Notes under the pieces: generated by a model | Databases searched by the model: none | The model's input: only the letters and a program-made list of their open reading frames with translations | What the model was told of the DNA's origin: nothing | Made by a program: the position numbers and the translations under genes | Part shown: one piece after another, positions 43,998-53,706 of the stretch | Position numbering within the stretch: the stretch's first letter is position 1 | How the letters are laid out: every line of letters starts with the position of its first letter | IMG/VR virus record: IMGVR_UViG_3300042914_002334 | Location: 64,001-128,000 of that record | Source of the DNA: a virus | Strand: one strand, 5' to 3' | DNA length: 64,000 nucleotides

Positions 43998-46469
43998 ATG
44001 GAAGTCAAAGACGATAAAAAAGCAAATACATCTGCATCTACATCAGCAGACGAATATGTATCTACTGCATTACGCAGAAGAAATCCATTATCAAATTACA
44101 GTAGTTATGCATATAACATAACTATGTATGCGGCAACTCCAGAAGCAATTAGTAGATTCGTTGACAGTCAAAAATTCAACAGAAACGATGATGGGTTCTA
44201 CATAATTGCACAAAGTGGAGGTATAAGAAGCACTGAACCGAGATTTATTACTAACACTGGCAAATTAGGACCAGGAGAAGGATTAGATTTTTACATAGAC
44301 GATCTAAACTTTGAAATTTTATTGCCTGGAGGAGACGCTACGCCGAGTGTTGGCGCCGAGATGCAGTTCAAAATTATTGAACCATATGGATTTACATTTT
44401 TTACTAAGTGGGCAACGGCTATAAATGCACTCAATCAAAGCAGTGCAATACTAACAAAGAATCCAAAACCAAATTTGTTTCAGCAACATTATGTTATTGG
44501 AATAAGATTTTATGGATACGACGAAGCCGGAAACATATTGACGGGCAAAGAGTTCAGTGCGTTAGAACGAGGCCAAACAACAGATAATGAAACTGCACTG
44601 ACTGATGATTATGCATCGTTTGAGAGATTTTTCCCAATCTTAGTGTCAAAAGCAACTTACAAATTGGACGGCAGAACTGTAGTTTACAACATAGAAGCGT
44701 TGGCAATGCCACTTCAAGCGGGATTCTCTATTAAAAGAGGGCAACTTTCAAAACCTACAACAATCGTAGCAGAAACAGTTGGAGAGGCTCTTCAAAACGA
44801 AAACAAATCAAGCACTATCAGAAGTTTGATGGAAATTCTTAATGATCAGCAAGAGGAAGAAAAAAAAGCAAACTTAAGAACAGAAGTAAACAAATACTCA
44901 ATTGAATGGAATCCTACTGAGAATATAAAAAATCAAAAAATAAACTCTGATTCAGACAACACGACTCGCGCTACTACTACCGCAAGTGTTCCAACTACTA
45001 CGCAGGGAACTGTTAAAACAGAAACCAAATCACAAACTATACCTCCTGGTAAACAACTTATACCGTTGCCCGCTGGCATATCAATATTAACAGCGATAGA
45101 TAATATCATTAGCAAAAGTGAATATATTTCAAAGGCACTAACTGCAAAAAATACCGAAAATATAGAAACTGAAACAGGAGAAAATCCCGCGGTTACTGAA
45201 TTGAAGTGGTTTACAATAAATCCAGTAGTAAAACCTCGTGCATATGATTTTAAGTTAAATGATTGGGCATATGATATTACATATCAGATACAAGAATACA
45301 AGATACCGTATCTTAGATTTCTTTATAAAGCCAAAACAAGCAGATATTATGGCGCTCACAAAGTCTATGATTTTTTTCTAACTGGTAAAAATACAGAAGT
45401 CATAAGTTATGAACAAAGTTATGACAGTCAGTTTTACATAATTTCTGCTATGTCTGCTGGAGCAAATGTAGATTCGAGTAATGTTGGAGTTCCAATAAAA
45501 CCAATGCCAACAAGTGGGGCTGACCCGACACTCGGTAAACAATTCAAGGGTAGTGAAATAAACAATAACTTTAAAGCAAATGTAGCAAGTGTCGCAGATC
45601 AAGCAATAGCCAATATAAAAATAATCGGCGATCCCGATTATCTGATGCAAAACATTACTGCTTCTCCAAAATTTGTAAGTCAGAACTTCAAAAAGATGTA
45701 TGGATCAGACGGCTATAGTATCAATCCATATGGAGGACAAATATTTATTGAAATAAGATTTAGTCTGGCAGAAGACTACAAAGACGACGGTTTGATGGAT
45801 GTGAACAATCAAATTAAATTCTATAGCACTTTTACCGCTGAGCAAAGCAAAATTAAAGGTGTAGTTTATAGACTGCTAAAAGTAAAAAATACATTTAGTC
45901 GTGGACAATTTACTCAAACATTAGAGGGAATATTAGTTCAAGAAAATCAATTGAGTGGATTAAAAAGTAGTAATGCCAGTCCAGCCGAACAACAAAGAGA
46001 AAACAAACCGTCTACACAGCCGAACACTCAGACACAAAGACCAACTGGTGCTCAAGTTGGAAGAATAGCAGCAGGACCAACAAAAGAACAACTAAGCACA
46101 CTATATAGTCCAAGAACACAAAACAAAAAGTATGGCCCTAATTCTACCGCTTCTGAATTACAAACCAGTCCAGTGTATATTGAAGAAGCTAAAAAATTCA
46201 CAGGCACCGAGTTAAGTGCAAGAAGAGCACTTGCGGTTGCCGAAGCCGCATATGGAAATACAAAATCAGTTCAGACTCTTGTGGGAACGGTTAGCGATGA
46301 TGATAGCAATGCTTCTGCAATTCGTCGCGTGTATGATGAATCATCGTCAGAGATAGAAAGATTAAAATCAAGATCAACCGATTCTGCTATAGAACGATTA
46401 GAAAAACAAAAACGATTGAGAGTAGACGATGTTGATCCAAAGACTTTGCTACCAAGAAATAGAGGATAA
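43998..46469 (+). CDS. Baseplate hub-like tail protein (gp27-like)
   Basis: NPLSNYSSYAYNI, FKIIEPYG, IKIIGDPDYL, VKNTFSRGQFTQTL; directly before the spike gene. Confidence 0.55.
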   Translation: MEVKDDKKANTSASTSADEYVSTALRRRNPLSNYSSYAYNITMYAATPEAISRFVDSQKFNRNDDGFYIIAQSGGIRSTEPRFITNTGKLGPGEGLDFYIDDLNFEILLPGGDATPSVGAEMQFKIIEPYGFTFFTKWATAINALNQSSAILTKNPKPNLFQQHYVIGIRFYGYDEAGNILTGKEFSALERGQTTDNETALTDDYASFERFFPILVSKATYKLDGRTVVYNIEALAMPLQAGFSIKRGQLSKPTTIVAETVGEALQNENKSSTIRSLMEILNDQQEEEKKANLRTEVNKYSIEWNPTENIKNQKINSDSDNTTRATTTASVPTTTQGTVKTETKSQTIPPGKQLIPLPAGISILTAIDNIISKSEYISKALTAKNTENIETETGENPAVTELKWFTINPVVKPRAYDFKLNDWAYDITYQIQEYKIPYLRFLYKAKTSRYYGAHKVYDFFLTGKNTEVISYEQSYDSQFYIISAMSAGANVDSSNVGVPIKPMPTSGADPTLGKQFKGSEINNNFKANVASVADQAIANIKIIGDPDYLMQNITASPKFVSQNFKKMYGSDGYSINPYGGQIFIEIRFSLAEDYKDDGLMDVNNQIKFYSTFTAEQSKIKGVVYRLLKVKNTFSRGQFTQTLEGILVQENQLSGLKSSNASPAEQQRENKPSTQPNTQTQRPTGAQVGRIAAGPTKEQLSTLYSPRTQNKKYGPNSTASELQTSPVYIEEAKKFTGTELSARRALAVAEAAYGNTKSVQTLVGTVSDDDSNASAIRRVYDESSSEIERLKSRSTDSAIERLEKQKRLRVDDVDPKTLLPRNRG

Positions 46470-46474
46470 AAAAT

Positions 46475-49246
46475 ATGGCGTTAGATATCACTAAAAAGAA
46501 AGGTGCCCCAAAAGAATTTAGAGATGATCGTGACGGCGCAGTATTGATACCGCACCCAGTAATAGGCATAGTAAAAAACAACATCGATCCAAGTAAAAAT
46601 GGAAAAATAGATGTCTATATAGAAAACTACGGGGGTATTGATCCCGACAATGATAAAAACTGGATAAAGGGACTTAGATATATGAGTCCATATTTTGGAA
46701 GCAGCACTCCGGGAACAGATAAAACCGCAGATAAAAAAAATAAACAATCTTCAAAAGTAAAAGATTTTGTTAGTAGTGTTCATAGTTATGGTATGTGGGC
46801 AGGACCTCCAGACATAGGAACAGCAGTAATATGTATCTTTATCAATGGAAGACCAGATATGGGATTTTATATTGGCGCTGTAATGCCAGTAGGAAGTCAC
46901 GGAATGGTTCCTGCTATTGGAGCAACAAATAATGTAGTTCCTAATGACGGAGAAGCAAGCAAATATGGCGGTGCAAAACGATTGCCGACTACTGAATCAG
47001 ACATTGATGATCCAAAAGTCAGAAGTAGTGCAACAATTACACAAGAGCCAAAATCGGTCCATAGCTATCAGTCTGCAATATATGATAGTCAGGGATTGAT
47101 TAGAGATAGCATCAGAGGACCTATAGGAAGTAGTAGCACAAGACAAACCAATGGTAAGTTAGTTGGCATGAGCACTTCTGGAAGAGCAATTTTTGCAGGT
47201 GGTTACAACGATAAAACTATAGAAGATGCTATAAAAACTGGAGACGATTCCAAATTACAAAAAATTGGGTATCTCGGTGGACATAGCATTGTAATGGACG
47301 ACGGAGATTTACCGGGACAGGATCAACTAATAAGATTTAGAACTGGGGGCGGACATCAAATACTAATGAGTGATAGCGGTCAGTCGATATTTGTAATACA
47401 CGGAAATGGGCATAGTTGGGTAGAATTAGGAAAAGAGGGAACCGTTGATATTTACGCCGCCAATAGTTTTAATGTAAGAACGGTTGGAGATATAAACTTT
47501 CACGCCGATAGAGACATTAATCTACACGCTGGAAGAAATCTAACAATGCACGGAAAATCTGTTAGGCTTGACAGCGATGAAGGAATAGATTTGTATTCTG
47601 CAAAAGACTTTAGTATTCAAAGTTTTGGAAACTACAATATTACGGTATCTGGAACTTTGAGTATGAACAGCGAGGGAGTTAGCAACTATTCGGCTGGTGG
47701 AAATCTTTATGTGACTGGAAAACCAATATATCTAAACACCGGATCAGGCCCAGCCTCTGCCTCAGTGACAAAAGTTCCATTCTTTCAGCACAAGGAAACG
47801 GTTTATAGTGAAAAAGTGGGTTGGATTCAACCAGGTCCAAATCCTATAGTAAGTGTGACTTCAAGATGTCCGACACATCATCCTTGGGACGGAGCAAACA
47901 AGGGAGTCGATGTATCTATAAAGCAATCTGCAAGTTCTTCAGTTACGCCTCCGTCAGAGGCGGTGAATACTGCAAATGCAGCGTCGCCTTCAGTTCCAGA
48001 AACACCCACATCAGAAGCGGCCGTAGCAACCGTGGCGCCACAATCATCTATAAGTGTAGGAGAAAATGCAGTATTAGATGGATCAAGCGTGAAAGCAATG
48101 ATATCTCAGCAGGCCGCAAGTAACGCAACAAAAACAGATGAAGAAAAAGTAGCATCTGGAATAGTTCCCGGAGTTGGAGGAACGACCGTCAACCAATTAG
48201 AAGGAATAGTAACTAAACCAGGAACAGCAAAGTTTATACAAGACAAAATGGCAGCAGGCTTAAGTTTTACTGAGGCAGCAGGTAACACACTAATGACTGG
48301 TGCAGACGGCGCAAAGACTGCGGCGCAATTTATAAATAATGCTCCTGCACAAATTACAACTATGGCTAAATCATTTGATTCTGCTGCAAAAGAATTGGTA
48401 TCAAAAGGTGCTTTGGCTGGGTCAAAGATAACAGATGCAATAACACAGCCTGCTGGTATTATTATGGCAACTGCACAAAAGGGATTTGCTGCGGTATCCA
48501 ATGTATTAAAAGCGCCCGCCACCATGATTAGTGGAGCAATACAGGGAGTTGCTAATTCTGCGAAATCAATGATGGACACAATATCAGGCGGAAATTTTGC
48601 TGCTGGATTATCTAAACTTACTGGCGGAGTTACCGCAGCAGCAAGTGGAGTTGCTGGCATTATCGGAGGAGGACTATCTGGTATTGCATCTGGAGCCGCT
48701 GGAGCAATTACTGCTGCGGTTGGAGGAGCACTTGGAGGATTATTCGGAGGAAAATCAAAACCTGCGTTAGGAGTAGATGCATTGGTCTCTCAATTACAAT
48801 CTATATCAAAGCAAGCATTTGGAGTGGTAGAAAATAGTTTTGCAAAACTTAAAGGCGGACAACCCAATAATCTTGGAGGAAGCGTTGCTAAAAGTTTAAC
48901 CAACTCCGCAAAACAAAACGAATTAGAAGCATTGAGCAATGCAAATAAAGAACGACTTATTGCGGAAGAAAATCTCAGAGAGATGAAAAAATTATCCAGA
49001 ACAGGTAATTCTATCAGCGTCGATCAACTAAAAGATGCAGAAAATCTGGCCGCGTCTGCAATGCAAAAAGAACTACAGACAGCAAGTTCGGTGTTGTTGG
49101 ATACATCAACTGAAGTTAAATCCGGTATAGATGCTATAGCGGGAGGAGCAGACGCATTTGCTGCTCAAGTAAATAACTCGGCCATCAACTCAATAAATAC
49201 TATAAAATCTGCCGTAAATTCCATAACATCTAACACTAACACTTGA
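46475..49246 (+). CDS. gp5: Baseplate central spike (gp5/VgrG-like) with long Ala/Gly-rich C-terminal extension
   Basis: OB-fold GIVKNNIDP..GKIDVYI, SYGMWAGPPDIG; GHSIVMDD, RTGGGHQILM, beta-helix repeats, RCPTHHPW. Confidence 0.75.
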   Translation: MALDITKKKGAPKEFRDDRDGAVLIPHPVIGIVKNNIDPSKNGKIDVYIENYGGIDPDNDKNWIKGLRYMSPYFGSSTPGTDKTADKKNKQSSKVKDFVSSVHSYGMWAGPPDIGTAVICIFINGRPDMGFYIGAVMPVGSHGMVPAIGATNNVVPNDGEASKYGGAKRLPTTESDIDDPKVRSSATITQEPKSVHSYQSAIYDSQGLIRDSIRGPIGSSSTRQTNGKLVGMSTSGRAIFAGGYNDKTIEDAIKTGDDSKLQKIGYLGGHSIVMDDGDLPGQDQLIRFRTGGGHQILMSDSGQSIFVIHGNGHSWVELGKEGTVDIYAANSFNVRTVGDINFHADRDINLHAGRNLTMHGKSVRLDSDEGIDLYSAKDFSIQSFGNYNITVSGTLSMNSEGVSNYSAGGNLYVTGKPIYLNTGSGPASASVTKVPFFQHKETVYSEKVGWIQPGPNPIVSVTSRCPTHHPWDGANKGVDVSIKQSASSSVTPPSEAVNTANAASPSVPETPTSEAAVATVAPQSSISVGENAVLDGSSVKAMISQQAASNATKTDEEKVASGIVPGVGGTTVNQLEGIVTKPGTAKFIQDKMAAGLSFTEAAGNTLMTGADGAKTAAQFINNAPAQITTMAKSFDSAAKELVSKGALAGSKITDAITQPAGIIMATAQKGFAAVSNVLKAPATMISGAIQGVANSAKSMMDTISGGNFAAGLSKLTGGVTAAASGVAGIIGGGLSGIASGAAGAITAAVGGALGGLFGGKSKPALGVDALVSQLQSISKQAFGVVENSFAKLKGGQPNNLGGSVAKSLTNSAKQNELEALSNANKERLIAEENLREMKKLSRTGNSISVDQLKDAENLAASAMQKELQTASSVLLDTSTEVKSGIDAIAGGADAFAAQVNNSAINSINTIKSAVNSITSNTNT

Positions 49247-49247
49247 T

Positions 49248-49832
49248 ATGAATAAATTAAGCAAATTAAATGATCTAAAAAAACTATCTGGTAATATTGT
49301 TGGAAATTTTCAGAACCAGTTAGGTGGTTTAGAACGATCTATCAATAGTGAGATTGCCGGTAAATTAACTGGTGAAATTACCAAGTTGTCTGGGTCACTC
49401 AACTCTGCAATCGGTGGATTATCTGGAGTTGCGTCATCTACTCTTGCTAAAGTTCAAAGTTTGCTCAGTAGTGTTGGTAGCATGGGTGGACAAATCAAAG
49501 CACCAGTTATGGCATCTGGAACTATAGACACAAGTGCTATCACCGCCGGAATTGCTAAACTATTAGGCGACTCAAGAATTCCAGCGCCTAATTTTACAGA
49601 AACTGCATATCAGACTAGATCAAATCAATATATTGAAGCACAATCTTCTGCATTAGAAAAAGTCAAAGACGTAGATACCGATATAGAAATACTTAATCTA
49701 AAAATAGCATCATTAAAAATTGATTCAGCCGACTATCAGGAAAAATTAAATCAATATCAAACAGAAATGTATGCTTTAAACAAGCAACTGGTGTCAGCGC
49801 AACAAAACTACGAAAGAATATTGACTGGATAA
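49248..49832 (+). CDS. Hypothetical Gly/Ser-rich coiled-coil protein following gp5
   Basis: Starts 1 nt after the gp5 stop; same composition as the gp5 tail. Confidence 0.55.
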   Translation: MNKLSKLNDLKKLSGNIVGNFQNQLGGLERSINSEIAGKLTGEITKLSGSLNSAIGGLSGVASSTLAKVQSLLSSVGSMGGQIKAPVMASGTIDTSAITAGIAKLLGDSRIPAPNFTETAYQTRSNQYIEAQSSALEKVKDVDTDIEILNLKIASLKIDSADYQEKLNQYQTEMYALNKQLVSAQQNYERILTG

Positions 49833-49835
49833 TAT

Positions 49836-50288
49836 ATGGCTATATTTTATGGGTTTAACACAACCAATTTGCAAAAATCTGGTATACCAAATAACGATTA
49901 TATAGATGCTAATCAATCATCTATAAAACAGGCCGTTAGAAAACCAAACAAGTTTCGTTTAACTGACGAGCAATTAGTAATTCAAGACTTGATAAATGCA
50001 CTAAGCATCAAAGTCGGTGATAAAGTCGGACAACCAGAATACGGAACCACTCTATGGGAGTATATATTTGATCCCAACACCAGTGATGTCGTTAGTTCAA
50101 TAGAAAATGAAATTCGCAGAGTTATAAACAACGAGCCAAGAATCGCTCTTAACGAGTTAAACATCTATACATATGAGAATGGGCTACTCGTAGAAATTCA
50201 AGCAACAGTTCATAACATAGACAACTACTTGAACTTTGGATTATTGATAGACAAGACAACTGGAACCGTGCAGTATATGGCTGCATAA
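49836..50288 (+). CDS. gp25: Baseplate wedge/sheath initiator, gp25-like
   Basis: LVIQDLINAL..GDKVGQPEYGT.LWEYIFDP..EPRI. Confidence 0.88.
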   Translation: MAIFYGFNTTNLQKSGIPNNDYIDANQSSIKQAVRKPNKFRLTDEQLVIQDLINALSIKVGDKVGQPEYGTTLWEYIFDPNTSDVVSSIENEIRRVINNEPRIALNELNIYTYENGLLVEIQATVHNIDNYLNFGLLIDKTTGTVQYMAA

Positions 50289-50311
50289 ATATTAGTATAT
50301 AGGATAAAAAC

Positions 50312-53300
50312 ATGGCAACCAGCAGCAGACAAAGTGCTCTATTTGGAATTCAGGATTGGAAAAGATTCTATCAAACATATCGTGAGACTGACTTTCAAAG
50401 TTATGATTATGAAACTTTGCGTAAAAGTTTCATAGACTATCTTACTACATACTACCCAGAAACTTTTAACGATTACATAGAAAGTAGTGAGTATGTTGCT
50501 TTACTGGACGTCATTGCATACATGGGACAGGCTCTTTCATTTCGCGGAGACCTGAATGCAAGAGAAAACTTTATAGACACTGCTGAGAGAAGAGACAGCG
50601 TTGTTAAATTGGCCAACTTAGTTGGCTACACTCCAAAAAGAAATATTGCCGGTCAGGGTCTATTAAAGTTGACTGCAATTAGCACTACCGAAAACATACT
50701 TGATTTGAACGGCAATAACATAGGAAATACTGTTGTGTTGTGGAATGACAGTGCTAATAAGTATTGGCAAGATCAATTCAATTTAATTCTCAACGCAAGT
50801 CTGACTAATAGTCAGAGAATAGGTCGTTCGGGAAATAGTAGCGTCATCAACGGAATAAAAAGCTACGAGTATACAATCAATATTGATCCAACTGAGTTGT
50901 CAGTTTTACCATTTAGTGCTCAAGTAGATGGCACATCTATGAATTTTGAATTAGTAAGTGTAAGTAGTGCTAATAGCGAAAATTATTATGAGTTGCCTCC
51001 CGGAAACAATGGTCAATTTGTTATGCTGCATCGCAATGACAAACTTGGCTACGGTAGCATCAATACTGGTTTCTTTTTTTACTTTAAACAGGGAACAATT
51101 CAAACTGCCGATTTTAGATTTTTGGAAAGTCTTGAAAATAATTTACAGCCGATAGACATTTTAGGCGTAAACAACGACGATACTTGGTTATACGAATTGG
51201 ATTCCGACGGAAATTCACAAACACAATGGACAAAAGTTGACAACATTTACGGAAACTATAGTTCACAAAGTGGCGGAACAAGAAAAGTTTTTGCAGTATC
51301 GAGTAGATTTAACGATCAGGTAAATTATGTTTTTGGCGATGGGACTTTTGGAGAAATTCCAGTCGGATCATTTAGAGCATATGTTCGTGAAAGTAATGCA
51401 AGAACATATACCATATATCCAAGTGAAATGCAGGGTATAGTTGTCAACTTAAATTATATCAGCAGAACAAACAAAGTCGAAACATTGACACTAACTCTGT
51501 CATTGCAAACAACTTGCAGCACTGCATTAGAACGCGAGTCTATTACCAATATTAAAGATCGTGCTCCAGCAAGATACTATACTCAAAATCGTATGGTCAA
51601 TGGAGAAGATTACAGCAATTTTCCATACACCAAATATAACAACATACTAAAAAGTATTGCTCTAAATCGCAGTAGCATAGGAATAACAAGAAACTTGGAT
51701 TTGCTTGATCCTACTGCAAAATACAGCAGCGTAAACGTTTTCTCGGACGACGGCGCACTTTACACTGATAACATAGATCGCGTAATTACATTTAATAATA
51801 CGAGCGTAAATTTGGCGTTAGAGTTCATAAGTTCAACTCTGAGTGTATCATTGAGTTCCAGAGAATCAATTCAATATTATTTTAGATATTACCCAAGATA
51901 CTCTCCCGACTTGTCGGTTACTGGAATTCGATGGAAAACACTAACAGTTTCTAATAACAAAGTTTCTGGATATTTTTATGTAGTAAACGGCGGAATAGAA
52001 ATACCAATAAATGTTGGTACAGGATCAAGTGGCAACTCAAGATATATAGTTCCAGGCACTCACATAAAATTCTCTGCACCAGCAGGAAAAGTTTTCGACG
52101 ATAACAATAGATTGATAAACGCAACATCAACCAATACAAAAAACTACATATGGGTTGGGGTTTCGGAGGTTATAGGAGATGGATATAATTTTGGAGAAGG
52201 GGCACTTAGCGATGGCAGCGGCCCAGTAAAACTATATGGGTATGTTCCGAGCGGCACCTTAGTAGCAAGCACTAATTCCATAATTCCAGCGTTTGATAAT
52301 GCTCTTGATTCTGTAGTGGTCAACGAAGTGGTTGAATACATAAAACAGGGCGTCAGTTTCTGTTTATTATTTGACAACAGTGTAAATCAATCAAGTAGTA
52401 GATGGTCTGTAAGCACGAAACTTACATCGAACTGGTTTGTCAAGTTCGTCTTTAACAGTCTAAATTCTGAATACACAGTGAACATTCGTAATACTAACTA
52501 CTATTTCGGAAGTGTGAACAATGTTAGATATGTATTTGATAAAAACAAAAAGATTTTTGATTACAAGAGCGGACAAATTCTGTCTGATTTTGTGAATGTG
52601 TTTAGAACTAATAGTAAACCAGATTATAGTTCAACATTAAGTATGGACAATGTATTGAACATAACGGATCAAGTAATGACAAGTGATGGTTACCCAGACG
52701 ATTACCAGGTAAAGGTAAGTAGTATTGGGTTAAACAACATATCGTATGACCCTGATTTTTACAATGCAATTGCCGGAGAAAATTCGGGATATGTGTTTTT
52801 CAAAAAAATAACAGACGCCGATTCTTTAGTCAGAAATGTTTTATTGGATAGCGGCGTGGTAGTATCCAATTACAACACGATTCAGGAAATTAGAGAGCAT
52901 GTAAACGAATACTCAACAGGAACGGTATTTCATTATATAGACGGTAATCAGCAATCCGTGTTTTATCAATCACAAAAAAATACAACGGTCACCCAAACTG
53001 TCACTGATTTAGTAAATGTGTCTGAATACTATTCGCAAAAATCTGGTCGTTCAAGATTGAACTTCCAATATAGACATAATAGCGACAATACTACAAGAAT
53101 AGATATGGCTACAACAAACATTATCGACTTGTATCTTGTGACACAAAGTTATTATACTCAGTATCAAAATTGGTTGATAGATTCTACTGATACTGTAGTA
53201 GAACCAAGTAAACCAACAATACAAGAATTGCAATTATCATACTCTGAACTGAACAATTTCAAAATGATAAGTGACTCTGTAATTCTGAATAGTGTGACAT

Positions 53301-53668
53301 TCAAGCCGCTATTTGGTAAAAAAGCAAGCAATGAATTACGAGGAAAGATAAAAGTAATTAAAAATCCATCAGTCACTGTCAGCGATAGTCAAATTCGAAG
53401 CAGTGTGTTAAACGCATTGAACACATACTTTACACTGGATAAGTGGGATTTTGGAGATACCTTCTATTTCAGTGAACTTAGTTCATATCTACATTACCAA
53501 CTCAGTGGACTTATAAGTTCAGTAGTATTGGTTCCGGATAATTCAGATCAAAAATTCGGAGACTTGTATGAAATTAGAAGTGCTCCAAATGAAATCTTCG
53601 TAAACGGAGCCACAGCAACTGATATAGTAGTTATATCCAATTTGAACTCTCAAACGCTGAAACAATAG
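50312..53668 (+). CDS. gp6: Baseplate wedge subunit, gp6-like (extended)
   Basis: DYETLRKS, FNDYIESSE, ENFIDTAERRDSV..LVGY.PKR, FGDGTFGEIP, QNRMVNGEDY. Confidence 0.85.
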   Translation: MATSSRQSALFGIQDWKRFYQTYRETDFQSYDYETLRKSFIDYLTTYYPETFNDYIESSEYVALLDVIAYMGQALSFRGDLNARENFIDTAERRDSVVKLANLVGYTPKRNIAGQGLLKLTAISTTENILDLNGNNIGNTVVLWNDSANKYWQDQFNLILNASLTNSQRIGRSGNSSVINGIKSYEYTINIDPTELSVLPFSAQVDGTSMNFELVSVSSANSENYYELPPGNNGQFVMLHRNDKLGYGSINTGFFFYFKQGTIQTADFRFLESLENNLQPIDILGVNNDDTWLYELDSDGNSQTQWTKVDNIYGNYSSQSGGTRKVFAVSSRFNDQVNYVFGDGTFGEIPVGSFRAYVRESNARTYTIYPSEMQGIVVNLNYISRTNKVETLTLTLSLQTTCSTALERESITNIKDRAPARYYTQNRMVNGEDYSNFPYTKYNNILKSIALNRSSIGITRNLDLLDPTAKYSSVNVFSDDGALYTDNIDRVITFNNTSVNLALEFISSTLSVSLSSRESIQYYFRYYPRYSPDLSVTGIRWKTLTVSNNKVSGYFYVVNGGIEIPINVGTGSSGNSRYIVPGTHIKFSAPAGKVFDDNNRLINATSTNTKNYIWVGVSEVIGDGYNFGEGALSDGSGPVKLYGYVPSGTLVASTNSIIPAFDNALDSVVVNEVVEYIKQGVSFCLLFDNSVNQSSSRWSVSTKLTSNWFVKFVFNSLNSEYTVNIRNTNYYFGSVNNVRYVFDKNKKIFDYKSGQILSDFVNVFRTNSKPDYSSTLSMDNVLNITDQVMTSDGYPDDYQVKVSSIGLNNISYDPDFYNAIAGENSGYVFFKKITDADSLVRNVLLDSGVVVSNYNTIQEIREHVNEYSTGTVFHYIDGNQQSVFYQSQKNTTVTQTVTDLVNVSEYYSQKSGRSRLNFQYRHNSDNTTRIDMATTNIIDLYLVTQSYYTQYQNWLIDSTDTVVEPSKPTIQELQLSYSELNNFKMISDSVILNSVTFKPLFGKKASNELRGKIKVIKNPSVTVSDSQIRSSVLNALNTYFTLDKWDFGDTFYFSELSSYLHYQLSGLISSVVLVPDNSDQKFGDLYEIRSAPNEIFVNGATATDIVVISNLNSQTLKQ

Positions 53669-53706
53669 TAAATATGATACTATTTAATTGTGATAAGTAA
53701 TAGTAT

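Noticed and set aside
49240-49250. RF2-type +1 programmed frameshift between gp5 and the next ORF
   Set aside because: Context is ACT TGA rather than CTT TGA, with no upstream SD-like element; simple translational coupling suffices
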